This document shows, one piece after another, positions 30,544-40,907 of a DNA stretch of 64,000 bases. Source of the stretch: a virus. The position numbers and the translations under genes were made by a program. The notes beneath the pieces are model-generated. The model did no database searches, was not told the DNA's origin, and saw nothing but the letters and a program-made list of their open reading frames with translations. Location of the stretch: the IMG/VR virus record IMGVR_UViG_3300028299_000132, positions 1 to 64,000 of that record. The stretch is one strand, 5' to 3'. Numbering within the stretch: position 1 is the first letter of the stretch; each line of letters begins with the position of its first letter.

Positions 30544-33500
30544 ATGCCAATTAGTGATAGAAATTTAGGAAAATACAAAGTTCCTGGGATCTATATTGAA
30601 GAAGTTGATGAGTCAGTGATACAATTACCGATTCAAGAAGTTCTAATAAACTTAGTTCCAGGATTTTCAAAAAAGGGACCATTTAATAAACCTGTTAAGG
30701 TTAACACAAAACAGGATTTTGAAAAAATATTTGGAACCATTGATAAAGGCCTTGAAACAAAAGGATCATTCTTCCATAGAACAGTAAATACTATGTTGGA
30801 ACAAGGTCCAGTATGGGCACTTAATTTATTAAGTACAGATCCAACAAGGGATAAATTAAAATGGAAATCAATTTCCGCGTCATCCCAATATGATAATGGT
30901 TCACTTGTTTCTTCACCATACGAAAATTTCTTTAATAGACAGGATTTCTGGGAAAGAGATCCAGATTCTTTTAATGACATCGTTGTCGCGAACAATAGTG
31001 GTAGTGAAGATACGGAAAGATTGTTACATATAACAAATATGTCAGATAGAACTATAACAACATTTTTATTTAAATCTAGTGCAAAAGGATTTGATGTTAC
31101 CGCTGAACAATGGTATGGTGGTAGAGATAAAGTTCCATTATTTATGTTTCCAAAAGATTGGATTTCTGATTATATGATTAGTGTTTTAGTTGTCTATGGT
31201 GACTGGACAAATTATGATGATTTGAGTTCCGATTCAATATGGAGTACATATTTTAATTCAACTGGTTTAATAAAATCAAAAGTTGAGACTTTCGCTAATC
31301 ATAATCTAGTTACAACATTAGCGTTTTATGATGTATCATTGATTCCAGGATTTAAAGATCTGAATAACAGAAATATGTATATTAAAGATGTTATAAACAA
31401 CGACACTGACAAGACAGGTTTATTCTGTACTTATAATGAAGATGAATTATTAAATTCAGATTATTATAAAGGTAAACTAGATTTACTTGGTCAAACTTTA
31501 GTTGGGAATGAAACAAAAAAGGTTATAGATTTCCTATCTTACAATGAATCTATAAGTGAATATTTAACATTTACTGAGAAAAATTTGAATTCTGTTGGTA
31601 ATACATTCGCGAATTATGGTACAGTGCCAATTGATTTTGACACAGCGTGGCTTTCTGGTAGAACTGGTAGTTGGACGAATTGGTATACTGGTGGTATAAC
31701 AGCGACAACATCATCGTCATTAACAACAAATATGGTAACTTGTGATGGAACTAATATTACTTTAGCAGCTACTACGAATTTGAGTGTCAACGATGTTATT
31801 TATTTTGATAAAAATTTTTCAATTATTGAAAGAACAAAAGCGTATTATGTAAAAACCATTGGTGGTAGTGTTATAACAGTATCAACAGAAAGAGGCGGAC
31901 CAGCGGTAACAAATATTGTTACTGGTTCAACAACTGATGTTAATTTATATAAAATAGCTTATGGTTTTGATAATAACGGTGGAACTGGTTATTACAATAT
32001 AGGATCTACTAGATATTATTTAACTGGTGTAACAGATGCGTTCTTAAATCCATTTACTATTTCAACCTCATCATCTACTTATAGTAGAATTGATGTATTA
32101 TATCTAAATAGTGATAATACATCAGTAAAAACACTACAAGGGACTCAGGTTATTGGAACCGCTCCATCGTTACCAAATTATATTTTAAATAATACCAATT
32201 CTATAATTTTAGGATCATTGAAAACTACATATACTGATGGTGTTTGGAGTTTCACATATAGTGGTGTAACAGTTGATAATAATGGGTATATTCCACTAGG
32301 AACAAGTTATATTACAACAAATAGTGGTACAACAACCGCCGGAGTTAACTATTTAGATTTGATATTTACCGGTACATATGGTTCATCTAGTGATTGGACA
32401 AATTACACAAAATTAAGAAATCTCAAAATATATAACGAATTATCCACAAAATTGGCTTCTGGAAAGGGTGTTATGATTAAAACAAATGGTTATAAATTTG
32501 AAATCTCATCACCGTCCTCATATGACGCTACGGTATCAGACAACGCTAGATTAAGAATCTATTTTGATGATACCGAATCACCATATGATTATTTTGATAC
32601 ATCAACAAATAGTTTCATATTGTATTACATAAATGATGAATTTATGGTAGGTGATGGTAGTGTATCTACATTTACAACATCAATGAAACCACAGGTAGAA
32701 TCAACAGAGGGTATCATCTCTACATATTCATCATTATATACATCTTATTATGATGGGTTAATTAATAATGGTGATTATTTCTTTATCAATAACGATAGTG
32801 GCAGTACTGGAACCGATAATAGAATATATATGAAGATGTATTTCGCTCCATTATTAACAGTAAATTTTTATGATGACGCGGAAATGACATCATCATATTC
32901 AATTTCTGGATTTGATACAAATTATGGTAGTGAACTAATAGTTTATTCTGATAAATCTAATTGGAAACAGACAATTGAAATTGAAAAACCATCAACTATA
33001 ATAGATACAACAAATACTACAGTAATTTATGTTAATAAGACTAGATATTCAGAAATAACAAAGGGTAGTTTCTTGGAAGCGTATTATGATACTTCATATT
33101 ATGATTCTCCAGGTACTGGGTATCTAAATGGTGAAGTTCCTAAAAAGTTTACAAGAATTGTTAATGTTCTTAACGATACAGTTGATACAACATTGAAAAT
33201 TCTTTATACTGACGCTCCAATTAAGATAAACTATATAGTAACAACTGGTTCTACAAATGACTATTATACAACCGCTTATTCTTCAATTGATAATTATGTG
33301 ACAGATTATAAGGGAGTCGCGATAACACCATTTATTATTCATTCGGATTCTATTCCAAACGCCACAGAAGCTAGACAAACATCAATTCTAAATGTTATCG
33401 CTAGTGGAACTAGATTAGCGAAAGGATTAACTAACAAGAATAGAATCTCATGGAGATATCTAGTTGATTCATTTGGAATGGGGTTGATCGCGAATTCTAA

Positions 33501-34350
33501 ACAACAACTAGTGGATCTTTGTGGTAAAAAAATAAATTCATTAGGATTCTTGAATATGCCAAGTGCGAAATTGTTTAAGAAATCTTCTAATCCAAGTTTC
33601 GTAAATTCTGATAATTCTTTAAATATGGAGTATATCAAAGAAGGTGCAGACACGAGTAAAAATCCAGATTTCTATTACTCATTTGGTGAAGGAGTTGGAC
33701 AATCTTGTGTATCTTATTGGTTCCCATATATTAAAACAGATCAAGAATCTACAAAATTTATTCCACCATCTGGTGAAATAGCTAAAACATTTATGGGTAA
33801 ATTTACAACCATAAACGCTAGTATTAAACCTTGGACTATTCTTGGTGGTGTTATAAGAGGTAAACTATTAAATGTTAGAGAAACCGAAATCAGATTCACA
33901 TACGATGATTTAGAATCATTGAATGAAATGAACTCAAATCCAATTGATTATGTTGAAAACTATGGATATATAATCAATAGTGATAATACCGCTCAAGTTT
34001 ATCCATATTCTTCTTTAAGTCTAATTCACTCAAGAGAAGTCCTAATTGAACTTGAAAATAGATTATATGATATGTTACTTAACTATCACTGGAGATTTAA
34101 CACCCCAGAAATTCGCTCTGAAATCAAATACAGAGCAGATCAGATTTGTAAAGAATTGAGAGAATCTGACGCGTTGTATGCTTACAGAAATGTATGTGAT
34201 AAGACAAACAATACAGATTATATAATTGGCTTACAAATGGGGATACTTGACACGTACTGCGAAGTAATCAAGGGTATGGGTATTATTGTAAATCAAATTA
34301 CCATTCTCAAGAAAGGTACTATAGAATCTTCGGGGTTCTTAACACCATAA
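30544..34350 (+). CDS. Contractile tail sheath protein (T4 gp18-like) with a large insertion
   Basis: PGIYIEEVD and GFSKKGPFNKP at the N-terminus; PPSG...PW...GG.RG, FN.PE.R and VCDKTNNT at the C-terminus. Confidence 0.9.
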   Translation: MPISDRNLGKYKVPGIYIEEVDESVIQLPIQEVLINLVPGFSKKGPFNKPVKVNTKQDFEKIFGTIDKGLETKGSFFHRTVNTMLEQGPVWALNLLSTDPTRDKLKWKSISASSQYDNGSLVSSPYENFFNRQDFWERDPDSFNDIVVANNSGSEDTERLLHITNMSDRTITTFLFKSSAKGFDVTAEQWYGGRDKVPLFMFPKDWISDYMISVLVVYGDWTNYDDLSSDSIWSTYFNSTGLIKSKVETFANHNLVTTLAFYDVSLIPGFKDLNNRNMYIKDVINNDTDKTGLFCTYNEDELLNSDYYKGKLDLLGQTLVGNETKKVIDFLSYNESISEYLTFTEKNLNSVGNTFANYGTVPIDFDTAWLSGRTGSWTNWYTGGITATTSSSLTTNMVTCDGTNITLAATTNLSVNDVIYFDKNFSIIERTKAYYVKTIGGSVITVSTERGGPAVTNIVTGSTTDVNLYKIAYGFDNNGGTGYYNIGSTRYYLTGVTDAFLNPFTISTSSSTYSRIDVLYLNSDNTSVKTLQGTQVIGTAPSLPNYILNNTNSIILGSLKTTYTDGVWSFTYSGVTVDNNGYIPLGTSYITTNSGTTTAGVNYLDLIFTGTYGSSSDWTNYTKLRNLKIYNELSTKLASGKGVMIKTNGYKFEISSPSSYDATVSDNARLRIYFDDTESPYDYFDTSTNSFILYYINDEFMVGDGSVSTFTTSMKPQVESTEGIISTYSSLYTSYYDGLINNGDYFFINNDSGSTGTDNRIYMKMYFAPLLTVNFYDDAEMTSSYSISGFDTNYGSELIVYSDKSNWKQTIEIEKPSTIIDTTNTTVIYVNKTRYSEITKGSFLEAYYDTSYYDSPGTGYLNGEVPKKFTRIVNVLNDTVDTTLKILYTDAPIKINYIVTTGSTNDYYTTAYSSIDNYVTDYKGVAITPFIIHSDSIPNATEARQTSILNVIASGTRLAKGLTNKNRISWRYLVDSFGMGLIANSKQQLVDLCGKKINSLGFLNMPSAKLFKKSSNPSFVNSDNSLNMEYIKEGADTSKNPDFYYSFGEGVGQSCVSYWFPYIKTDQESTKFIPPSGEIAKTFMGKFTTINASIKPWTILGGVIRGKLLNVRETEIRFTYDDLESLNEMNSNPIDYVENYGYIINSDNTAQVYPYSSLSLIHSREVLIELENRLYDMLLNYHWRFNTPEIRSEIKYRADQICKELRESDALYAYRNVCDKTNNTDYIIGLQMGILDTYCEVIKGMGIIVNQITILKKGTIESSGFLTP

Positions 34351-34370
34351 CCTATCTAATTAATTTTACT

Positions 34371-34401
34371 AAAAAAGGGAACAGAAATGTTCCCTTTTTT
34401 T
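34371..34401 (+). terminator. Intrinsic terminator after the tail sheath gene
   Basis: AAAAAAGGGAACA-GAAA-TGTTCCCTTTTTTT. Confidence 0.88.
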
Positions 34402-34449
34402 ATTTTTAGACCTGTTCATTTTTATATATAGGAGTAAAAGATACTCCAT

Positions 34450-36270
34450 ATGAATGCTATAGAATTAATAAAAGAAAAGAATAATCGTGGTGGAATAATG
34501 TACAATGAAAGATATCTTATGAAAAATTATCTAGATATCTATGAGTTAATAATAAGTTTTTGTAATAAAAATAATTTAGATGATATTTCATTTAATAGAA
34601 AAGTTTATCATTTTGTTAATGACATAAAAGAGAAAAATATAAAGTGTTCTAATCCTTTTTGTGATAATTATGTAGAATTTAAAAATTCTAATATTGGTTA
34701 CAGACGATATTGTTCAAATAAATGCGTTGGTAGTGATCCAAAAATTATAAAAATAAAAGAGAAAAAATCTTTAGAAAAATTTGGAACTCGCACACCAGCT
34801 GAATCAGATATAATTAAGGAAAAAATTATAAAAACTAATTTGGAAAAATATGGAAGGAAAGTTCCGATACCAATAAATGAAATAAATAAAAAGTTACAAG
34901 AAAAATATAATGTTGAAAATATCTCACAAATAGATTATATAAAAAATAAAGTAAAAGAAACAAAATTATTAAAATATGGTGATTCTGGATATAATAATTA
35001 TGAACAAATAAAAAAGACCAATAAAGAAAGATATGGATATGAGTGTTCTTTTCAGAATGAATTAGTTAAAGAAAAAATAAAGAAAAAATTTCTTATAAAG
35101 TATGGTTATGAACATCCTTCTAAGAATGATATAATAAAACAAAAAACGAAGGAGACAATGTTGAAATTATATAATTGTGAAAATCCTTCACAATCAGATT
35201 ATATTCAAAAAATAAAAAGGATTAATAAAATAAATAAAACTTTAAAAAGATATGATTATTTAAATATCATTGATGTTGATTATGATAATAAAATATTTAA
35301 ATTTGAATGTGTTAAAGGACATAAATATGAAATTTCTTTTGAATTGTTTCAAAATAGAAAAAGAATAGATACGGAATTATGTATTAAATGTAATCCAATA
35401 AAGTCAAATAGTGGGCAAGAAATTCAGTTACAAGATTATATAAAGTCTAATTATGATGGAAAAATAAGTTTAAATGATAGAAATATTGTTGGTAAAGAAT
35501 TAGATATTTACATTCCTGGACTTAAACTAGCGTTTGAATTTAATGGTATTTATTGGCATAATGAATTATATAAATCCCCTAATTATCATTTAAAAAAGAC
35601 AGATCTGTGTGAAGAAAAAGGAATACAACTAATACATATATATCAAGATGATTGGATTTATAAAAACGATATTGTTAAATCAATGATATTAAATAAGTTA
35701 GGAAAAACCGAAAATAAAATTTATGCCCGTAAAACAGAAATTCGTGAAATAACTGATAATAAATTAATCAGAGAGTTTTTAGAAAAAAATCATATTCAAG
35801 GATTTATTGGAAGTAAAATAAAATTAGGATTATTTTATAATGAAGAATTAGTTAGTTTAATGATTTTTGGTAATTTAAGAAAAAATTTAGGAACAATTAA
35901 AAATGAGAACCATTATGAATTATTGAGATTTTGTTCCAAATTAAATACAAATGTTGTTGGTGGGGCTAATAAATTATTTAAGTATTTTATTAATGAATAT
36001 AAACCAGAATCTGTAATAAGTTACGCGAATCGTTCATGGACTAAAACTGATGATAATCTATATCTAAATTTAGGATTTAATTTTGTTCATAAAACACAAT
36101 CAAATTATCATTATGTAGTTGATGGAGTCAGAAGAAACAGATTTTTATATAGAAAGGATGTTTTGATTAAAGAAGGATATTCTCCAGATAAAACAGAAAG
36201 AGATATTATGTTTGAGAGAGAAATTTATAGAATTTATGATAGTGGGTGTTTGAAATTTGAATTTATTTAA
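34450..36270 (+). CDS. Putative free-standing homing endonuclease, paralog of 12504..14090
   Basis: YCSNKC, KTNLEKYG repeats, ELDIYIP..AFEFNGIYWH and YELLRFCSKLNTNV. Confidence 0.75.
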   Translation: MNAIELIKEKNNRGGIMYNERYLMKNYLDIYELIISFCNKNNLDDISFNRKVYHFVNDIKEKNIKCSNPFCDNYVEFKNSNIGYRRYCSNKCVGSDPKIIKIKEKKSLEKFGTRTPAESDIIKEKIIKTNLEKYGRKVPIPINEINKKLQEKYNVENISQIDYIKNKVKETKLLKYGDSGYNNYEQIKKTNKERYGYECSFQNELVKEKIKKKFLIKYGYEHPSKNDIIKQKTKETMLKLYNCENPSQSDYIQKIKRINKINKTLKRYDYLNIIDVDYDNKIFKFECVKGHKYEISFELFQNRKRIDTELCIKCNPIKSNSGQEIQLQDYIKSNYDGKISLNDRNIVGKELDIYIPGLKLAFEFNGIYWHNELYKSPNYHLKKTDLCEEKGIQLIHIYQDDWIYKNDIVKSMILNKLGKTENKIYARKTEIREITDNKLIREFLEKNHIQGFIGSKIKLGLFYNEELVSLMIFGNLRKNLGTIKNENHYELLRFCSKLNTNVVGGANKLFKYFINEYKPESVISYANRSWTKTDDNLYLNLGFNFVHKTQSNYHYVVDGVRRNRFLYRKDVLIKEGYSPDKTERDIMFEREIYRIYDSGCLKFEFI

Positions 36271-37366
36271 TTATTTCATTTTTAAACTCATTTTTTAATT
36301 TCAAAAATATTTTAAATATTTTTATTTCCGAATCATTTAATTTTGTGTCTGTCCAATATCCAGGGTGTTTTTGAATTGTTGAATCATCTAGTTTCTTTTT
36401 GAAATCTATAAGCGTATGTACATTATTTTCACCAGTATTTCGGTCACTAGTCAAAATTATATCATTATAATCAATCATAAGAAATGTATACCCATCTTGT
36501 ATTTGTTTAAATTCAGCTATATATGAATTATTTTTTATTTTTTTATTTAAAATAACAACCCAGAAATACCCATCTATGATATGTTGGTTGTATATTTTCT
36601 CAGATATAGTACACCAGTATGGGTATTTTATTATATTCATTGATTCATAAGTGAATGGTTGATAAATCAACCATTCATCATCTTCATAATATATTTTTAT
36701 ATCATTTGATTTTTTTAATTTTGATATATTATCTGCACTTATTAATGATTCAGTGCCTCTAACATATTTTATCCATTCTTTAGGAGTCTCAAACATAGAT
36801 ATTTTACCTCTCAATAGACCAATATCTATATTATCAATAAATCTTTTTTTATCAAATCGTCCAGGATTAAATAGAACATTTCTAAGATTAAAAAAATTAT
36901 CTTTCTTCCTATCCTTTAATTCTTTTTTTAAAAATCCAGGAGCCCATTTATCTATAAATTTATTTGTATCTATATCTTTTTTAATGTTGTTTATATCTAT
37001 TATAAGAGAAGAATGATAATTATCTATCTGTTTAATATATTTATCTATGTCTATTTTAATATTGTGATTAACAATTAAATCAATACACCTCATTATGTTA
37101 TCTAATATAGATTTCTTATCTCTTCCATTACGATTATATAATTCTAGATATAATAATCTAGTGAACAAATATAAATATCCAAGTTTACCTAAAGATTTTA
37201 AATTATTTTTTATTATTGAGTATATTTCTAAAAAATTCTTCCATTCCTCATCTGTTTGTAAATACCTACCCTCCATCCCACCGTGTTTTGATGTCCCTTT
37301 AGGTCTATTATTTACAAATTTTTCAGCTTGCTGTAAATTTTCAAATATTTTATAATCTTTTATCAT
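36263..37366 (-). CDS. Hypothetical protein with leader MIKDYKIFEN
   Basis: Shared leader; WLIYQPFTYES...WCT motif. Confidence 0.65.
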   Translation of the reverse strand: MIKDYKIFENLQQAEKFVNNRPKGTSKHGGMEGRYLQTDEEWKNFLEIYSIIKNNLKSLGKLGYLYLFTRLLYLELYNRNGRDKKSILDNIMRCIDLIVNHNIKIDIDKYIKQIDNYHSSLIIDINNIKKDIDTNKFIDKWAPGFLKKELKDRKKDNFFNLRNVLFNPGRFDKKRFIDNIDIGLLRGKISMFETPKEWIKYVRGTESLISADNISKLKKSNDIKIYYEDDEWLIYQPFTYESMNIIKYPYWCTISEKIYNQHIIDGYFWVVILNKKIKNNSYIAEFKQIQDGYTFLMIDYNDIILTSDRNTGENNVHTLIDFKKKLDDSTIQKHPGYWTDTKLNDSEIKIFKIFLKLKNEFKNEIIK

Positions 37367-38595
37367 AGATATTTAGACATTAATTTTAATAGTTCTCCTC
37401 TATTTATTGGTTTTGATATGTACTCATTACATCCTAATTTCATCATACGGTCTTTATCATCCATGTACGCGAACGCGGATTGAACTATGATTGGTATATT
37501 ATTTTTATTACCCCTTATTATTTCTATGATTTTATCACCATCAATATCTGGTAATCTTATATCTAACAATAATAAATCATATTTTTTATTTTTTACCATT
37601 TCTAAACATTCCTTTCCTGTTTTAGCCCAATCTAAATTACATAATGTTGAATGTAATATTTCTCGTATTAGATTAAAATTATCTTTTATATCCTCAGTAA
37701 TAAGTATTTCTTTATGGATAAAATCATAATCAATTAACTTTTCAGATTTTTCTATTTTTTCCTCACTTACTTCAACTGGTAAAATAAAATAAAATTCTGT
37801 TCCTTTATTTAGTTCTGATTTTACATAAATTTTTCCACCAAGTAATTCTATTATTCCTTTTGATATTGATAATCCAAGTCCAGTTCCTTTTAAATATTCT
37901 TTTCTATTAACTTGGTAAAATCTATTAAAAATTTCTTCTTGATCTTCTTCACTTATACCAATCCCAGTGTCTTTAACATAGAATTTTATATTATTATTTT
38001 CTACAATTTCACATCCATATTCAATAAATCCTTTATCCGTGAATTTTATTGAATTACTTATTAGATTATCAATCACTTGTTTTAATCTAGTTCTATCTGA
38101 AATAATATTACAATCATCTAAATCTTCTGGTAAATAATATAATAATTTTATTTTTTTATTTAGTAATTTTTGATTTATTGAAAACGATTCATATATTTCT
38201 TCAATTAAATTATATAAAGAAAATGATATTTTTTCTAATCTTAACTCACCGACTTCTATTTTAGAAAAATCAATTATATCATTTATTAATGACATTAATT
38301 GACTCCCATTTTTATTTATAACATCTAGATATTTTTTTATTTGTTGTTCATTGAATCCATTTGTTGTTAATAATTCAGAAAATCCTATTATACTATTCAT
38401 AGGAGTTCTTATTTCATGACTCATATTCGCTAAGAACATTGATTTGAGTCTATCGGATTTTTCAGCTTTTTCTTTTTCTTCTTTTAATCTTTCGTTTTTC
38501 TCTGTTAACTCCTTAATAATTTCTCTTAACTCTAATTCTAATTCTCTAATCTCATTTTCTTTCTTATGTTCAAGAAATTCTTTACCATTAGCCAT
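37363..38595 (-). CDS. Hybrid histidine kinase (HisKA-HATPase-REC) with no evident sensor domain
   Basis: SHEIRTPMN, NLISNSIKF, DTGIG, GTGLGL and a C-terminal receiver (LLDIRLP). Confidence 0.92.
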   Translation of the reverse strand: MANGKEFLEHKKENEIRELELELREIIKELTEKNERLKEEKEKAEKSDRLKSMFLANMSHEIRTPMNSIIGFSELLTTNGFNEQQIKKYLDVINKNGSQLMSLINDIIDFSKIEVGELRLEKISFSLYNLIEEIYESFSINQKLLNKKIKLLYYLPEDLDDCNIISDRTRLKQVIDNLISNSIKFTDKGFIEYGCEIVENNNIKFYVKDTGIGISEEDQEEIFNRFYQVNRKEYLKGTGLGLSISKGIIELLGGKIYVKSELNKGTEFYFILPVEVSEEKIEKSEKLIDYDFIHKEILITEDIKDNFNLIREILHSTLCNLDWAKTGKECLEMVKNKKYDLLLLDIRLPDIDGDKIIEIIRGNKNNIPIIVQSAFAYMDDKDRMMKLGCNEYISKPINRGELLKLMSKYL

Positions 38596-38609
38596 TTTAA
38601 TAATTTTTT

Positions 38610-38864
38610 TTATCTAATATTCCAATTTTGAGGTAATATTTCTAATTTTCCCATTTCTTTAGCTCTTTTTACAATCCATCTTTTAGTTTTGTCTGGATCT
38701 TTCGCTCTACCCCAAGATTTAATCGCGTTTTTCAAATCTTGGACTGTTACAATAGGAAAACTTCCATCTTTCATCGCTTTTCCTTTATCAGCTAAGTCTC
38801 CACGTTTTTCTGATGAGAATTTTCTTTCCAATAAATATTCTCCAAATAATTTTAAATGATTCAT
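38610..38864 (-). CDS. Small protein with leader MNHLKLFGEYLLE and a G.AMKDGSFPI motif
   Basis: Leader plus DGSFPI...DLKNAI...GRA, a motif I associate with phage head-associated proteins. Confidence 0.65.
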   Translation of the reverse strand: MNHLKLFGEYLLERKFSSEKRGDLADKGKAMKDGSFPIVTVQDLKNAIKSWGRAKDPDKTKRWIVKRAKEMGKLEILPQNWNIR

Positions 38865-38873
38865 TTTAATTTA

Positions 38874-39032
38874 TTATTTTTTAATAAATTCAACAGATAT
38901 ATTACCTGTATCGTAATCAATGTCAGTTATAACCGCGTCTAGGAGAGTATCACCTTCCTTATATTTTATTTCTTGATCAATTTCGTAATCATCCACGACA
39001 TAATCATCTGGATCTAGAATTTTTACATTCAT
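38874..39032 (-). CDS. Small acidic protein (52 aa, not in the ORF track)
   Basis: Hand-translated MNVKILDPDDYVVDD...VEFIKK; fills the gap between same-strand genes. Confidence 0.6.
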   Translation of the reverse strand: MNVKILDPDDYVVDDYEIDQEIKYKEGDTLLDAVITDIDYDTGNISVEFIKK

Positions 39033-39040
39033 ATATTTCA

Positions 39041-39394
39041 TTAACCTCTAATGTTTTTTAATAATCCATTCATTGAACTTCCAAAAAACGCTGCTGGATC
39101 AACTTGTTCAATTGGTTCATTTGTAGCTCTAACTGGTTTATGAGAGTTCATAGAATAAGGACTTGTTTTGAAATCTCCATAATAATCATATTTACTAGTT
39201 TTTTGACCATTTCTCATTATTTCAATATTATGAGAAAAATGTTGTTCCATCAAACTTGTATCATCCTGTATAACAGTTGGTTGTGTTGGTTCAACATTTT
39301 GAAAACTATTTACCTGATTATCAAAATATTGACTTAACGCTTCGTGTTCACTATTTCGTCTAGTTATCTTAAAATTTCCCATTATTCTCTCCAT
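39041..39394 (-). CDS. Hypothetical protein
   Basis: ORF only. Confidence 0.6.
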   Translation of the reverse strand: MERIMGNFKITRRNSEHEALSQYFDNQVNSFQNVEPTQPTVIQDDTSLMEQHFSHNIEIMRNGQKTSKYDYYGDFKTSPYSMNSHKPVRATNEPIEQVDPAAFFGSSMNGLLKNIRG

Positions 39395-39395
39395 A

Positions 39396-39872
39396 TTATC
39401 CTCTTGTATTTTGTATAATAAGTTTTATCATATCTAGTCTAATATCATCTGTACACCAGTATCCTAACTCTTCATTATAGTCCAATTCTATAAAGTATGA
39501 GGTAATCATATCATATTCCTGAAATGTGATTTTTATTATCTCTCCACTAGGAATAAACAACAAATCTATAAAATCATCATTTTTCATTTTCTTTTTCATA
39601 TTTTTACCATTACGATAAATTGACTCAAATATACTATTATTTTCCCTATATTTCAATTCTTTTGTGAATATTTCTATGAGATTTTTCCCACGATTCTTAC
39701 CATATACTTTAATATGTTTTTGAACATACGGAATGAGATTATTTAACTGACTATTTGTTATATTTTTTAATTTTATTCTTCTACCTTCTTTGGTTGACCA
39801 AACAAAATCATTTCTCAATTTAAGGAATTTATCATCAAAATCTATATCTTCAAATAATTTTAAATATTTCAT
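39396..39872 (-). CDS. Leader-bearing protein (MKYLKLFEDIDFDD) with a C-terminal PSGE domain
   Basis: Leader; DLLFIPSGEIIKIT. Confidence 0.7.
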   Translation of the reverse strand: MKYLKLFEDIDFDDKFLKLRNDFVWSTKEGRRIKLKNITNSQLNNLIPYVQKHIKVYGKNRGKNLIEIFTKELKYRENNSIFESIYRNGKNMKKKMKNDDFIDLLFIPSGEIIKITFQEYDMITSYFIELDYNEELGYWCTDDIRLDMIKLIIQNTRG

Positions 39873-39876
39873 ATTC

Positions 39877-40842
39877 TTATTTTACAATTTTTAAAAATAG
39901 ATCAAATTTTATTTCCTTTCTACCATCTTTAGTATAACTTCCCGAACTTGGTGAATAGTATCCACCAATAGTATAATTATAATTAATATCCCAATTCCCC
40001 CATTTTATTGATTGTAATACCCTCTTATTTTTTTCTGTTACTTTAATACACCAATTTTGTGGTACTTTTGGTTTTGGTTCTTCTTCTTCATATTCCCAAT
40101 CATTTTCATCAAAATCTATACTTTCCTTTATATTACCAATTACTGTAATTCTATCATCTCCTATTAATGATATATTATCCCCACTATTGACAACTTTACA
40201 GAATTCTATTCTAGGATAATCGTAGTTATTGTATTCTGGTACTAATGATGGCACCTTAAATTCTTTGACAGAAATCTTTCTCCATGATTTATATATCTTC
40301 TCCTCTTTTTTATATTCATATACATGTATTTTTTTACCACTTATATTATCATTTAACCAGTTTATAAATTTGTGAATATCTTTACCTACGTGTTCATATA
40401 ATTCATATAATATAAATTCCTCTTTATCAAATGGTTCCTCATCTTCATAATCCCAATCATCAAAGTCAATTGATTCAGTTATTACTTTTTGAAAATAATC
40501 ATCCATTTTTTCATCATCTTCAACAAAAAATTTCCATCCAGAGTGAGGTAGTTCTATTTTTCCCCTAAAAAAATACACTGTAACCTTCTGATGTGGATGA
40601 TTCTTCCTAGTTCTATTAGAAGTATAGGCATCAGTATAGACACCAGTTTTATCTTTTCTTATTCTTTCAATCTTTAATTCTTCACCAACATCAAATTCTG
40701 ACGCGAATCTAAATACGGGGTGTTCATAAGACTTTATACATCTGACTATATCACCAGCTTTAAACTTATCTCCAATTGTTTCTGGTTCATTTTCCCAATC
40801 AAAATCAAAATCTATTTCTTCGTATAATTTAATATATTTCAT
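39877..40842 (-). CDS. Multi-module protein with three IDFD..W acidic linkers
   Basis: MKYIKLYEEIDFDFDWE, ITESIDFDDWDYE and IKESIDFDENDWE. Confidence 0.7.
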   Translation of the reverse strand: MKYIKLYEEIDFDFDWENEPETIGDKFKAGDIVRCIKSYEHPVFRFASEFDVGEELKIERIRKDKTGVYTDAYTSNRTRKNHPHQKVTVYFFRGKIELPHSGWKFFVEDDEKMDDYFQKVITESIDFDDWDYEDEEPFDKEEFILYELYEHVGKDIHKFINWLNDNISGKKIHVYEYKKEEKIYKSWRKISVKEFKVPSLVPEYNNYDYPRIEFCKVVNSGDNISLIGDDRITVIGNIKESIDFDENDWEYEEEEPKPKVPQNWCIKVTEKNKRVLQSIKWGNWDINYNYTIGGYYSPSSGSYTKDGRKEIKFDLFLKIVK

Positions 40843-40907
40843 AGTACAGTTATATATTTAATTTTAATCTCCGTTTTTTAATATATATCAAAAAACAATA
40901 TGTATTT

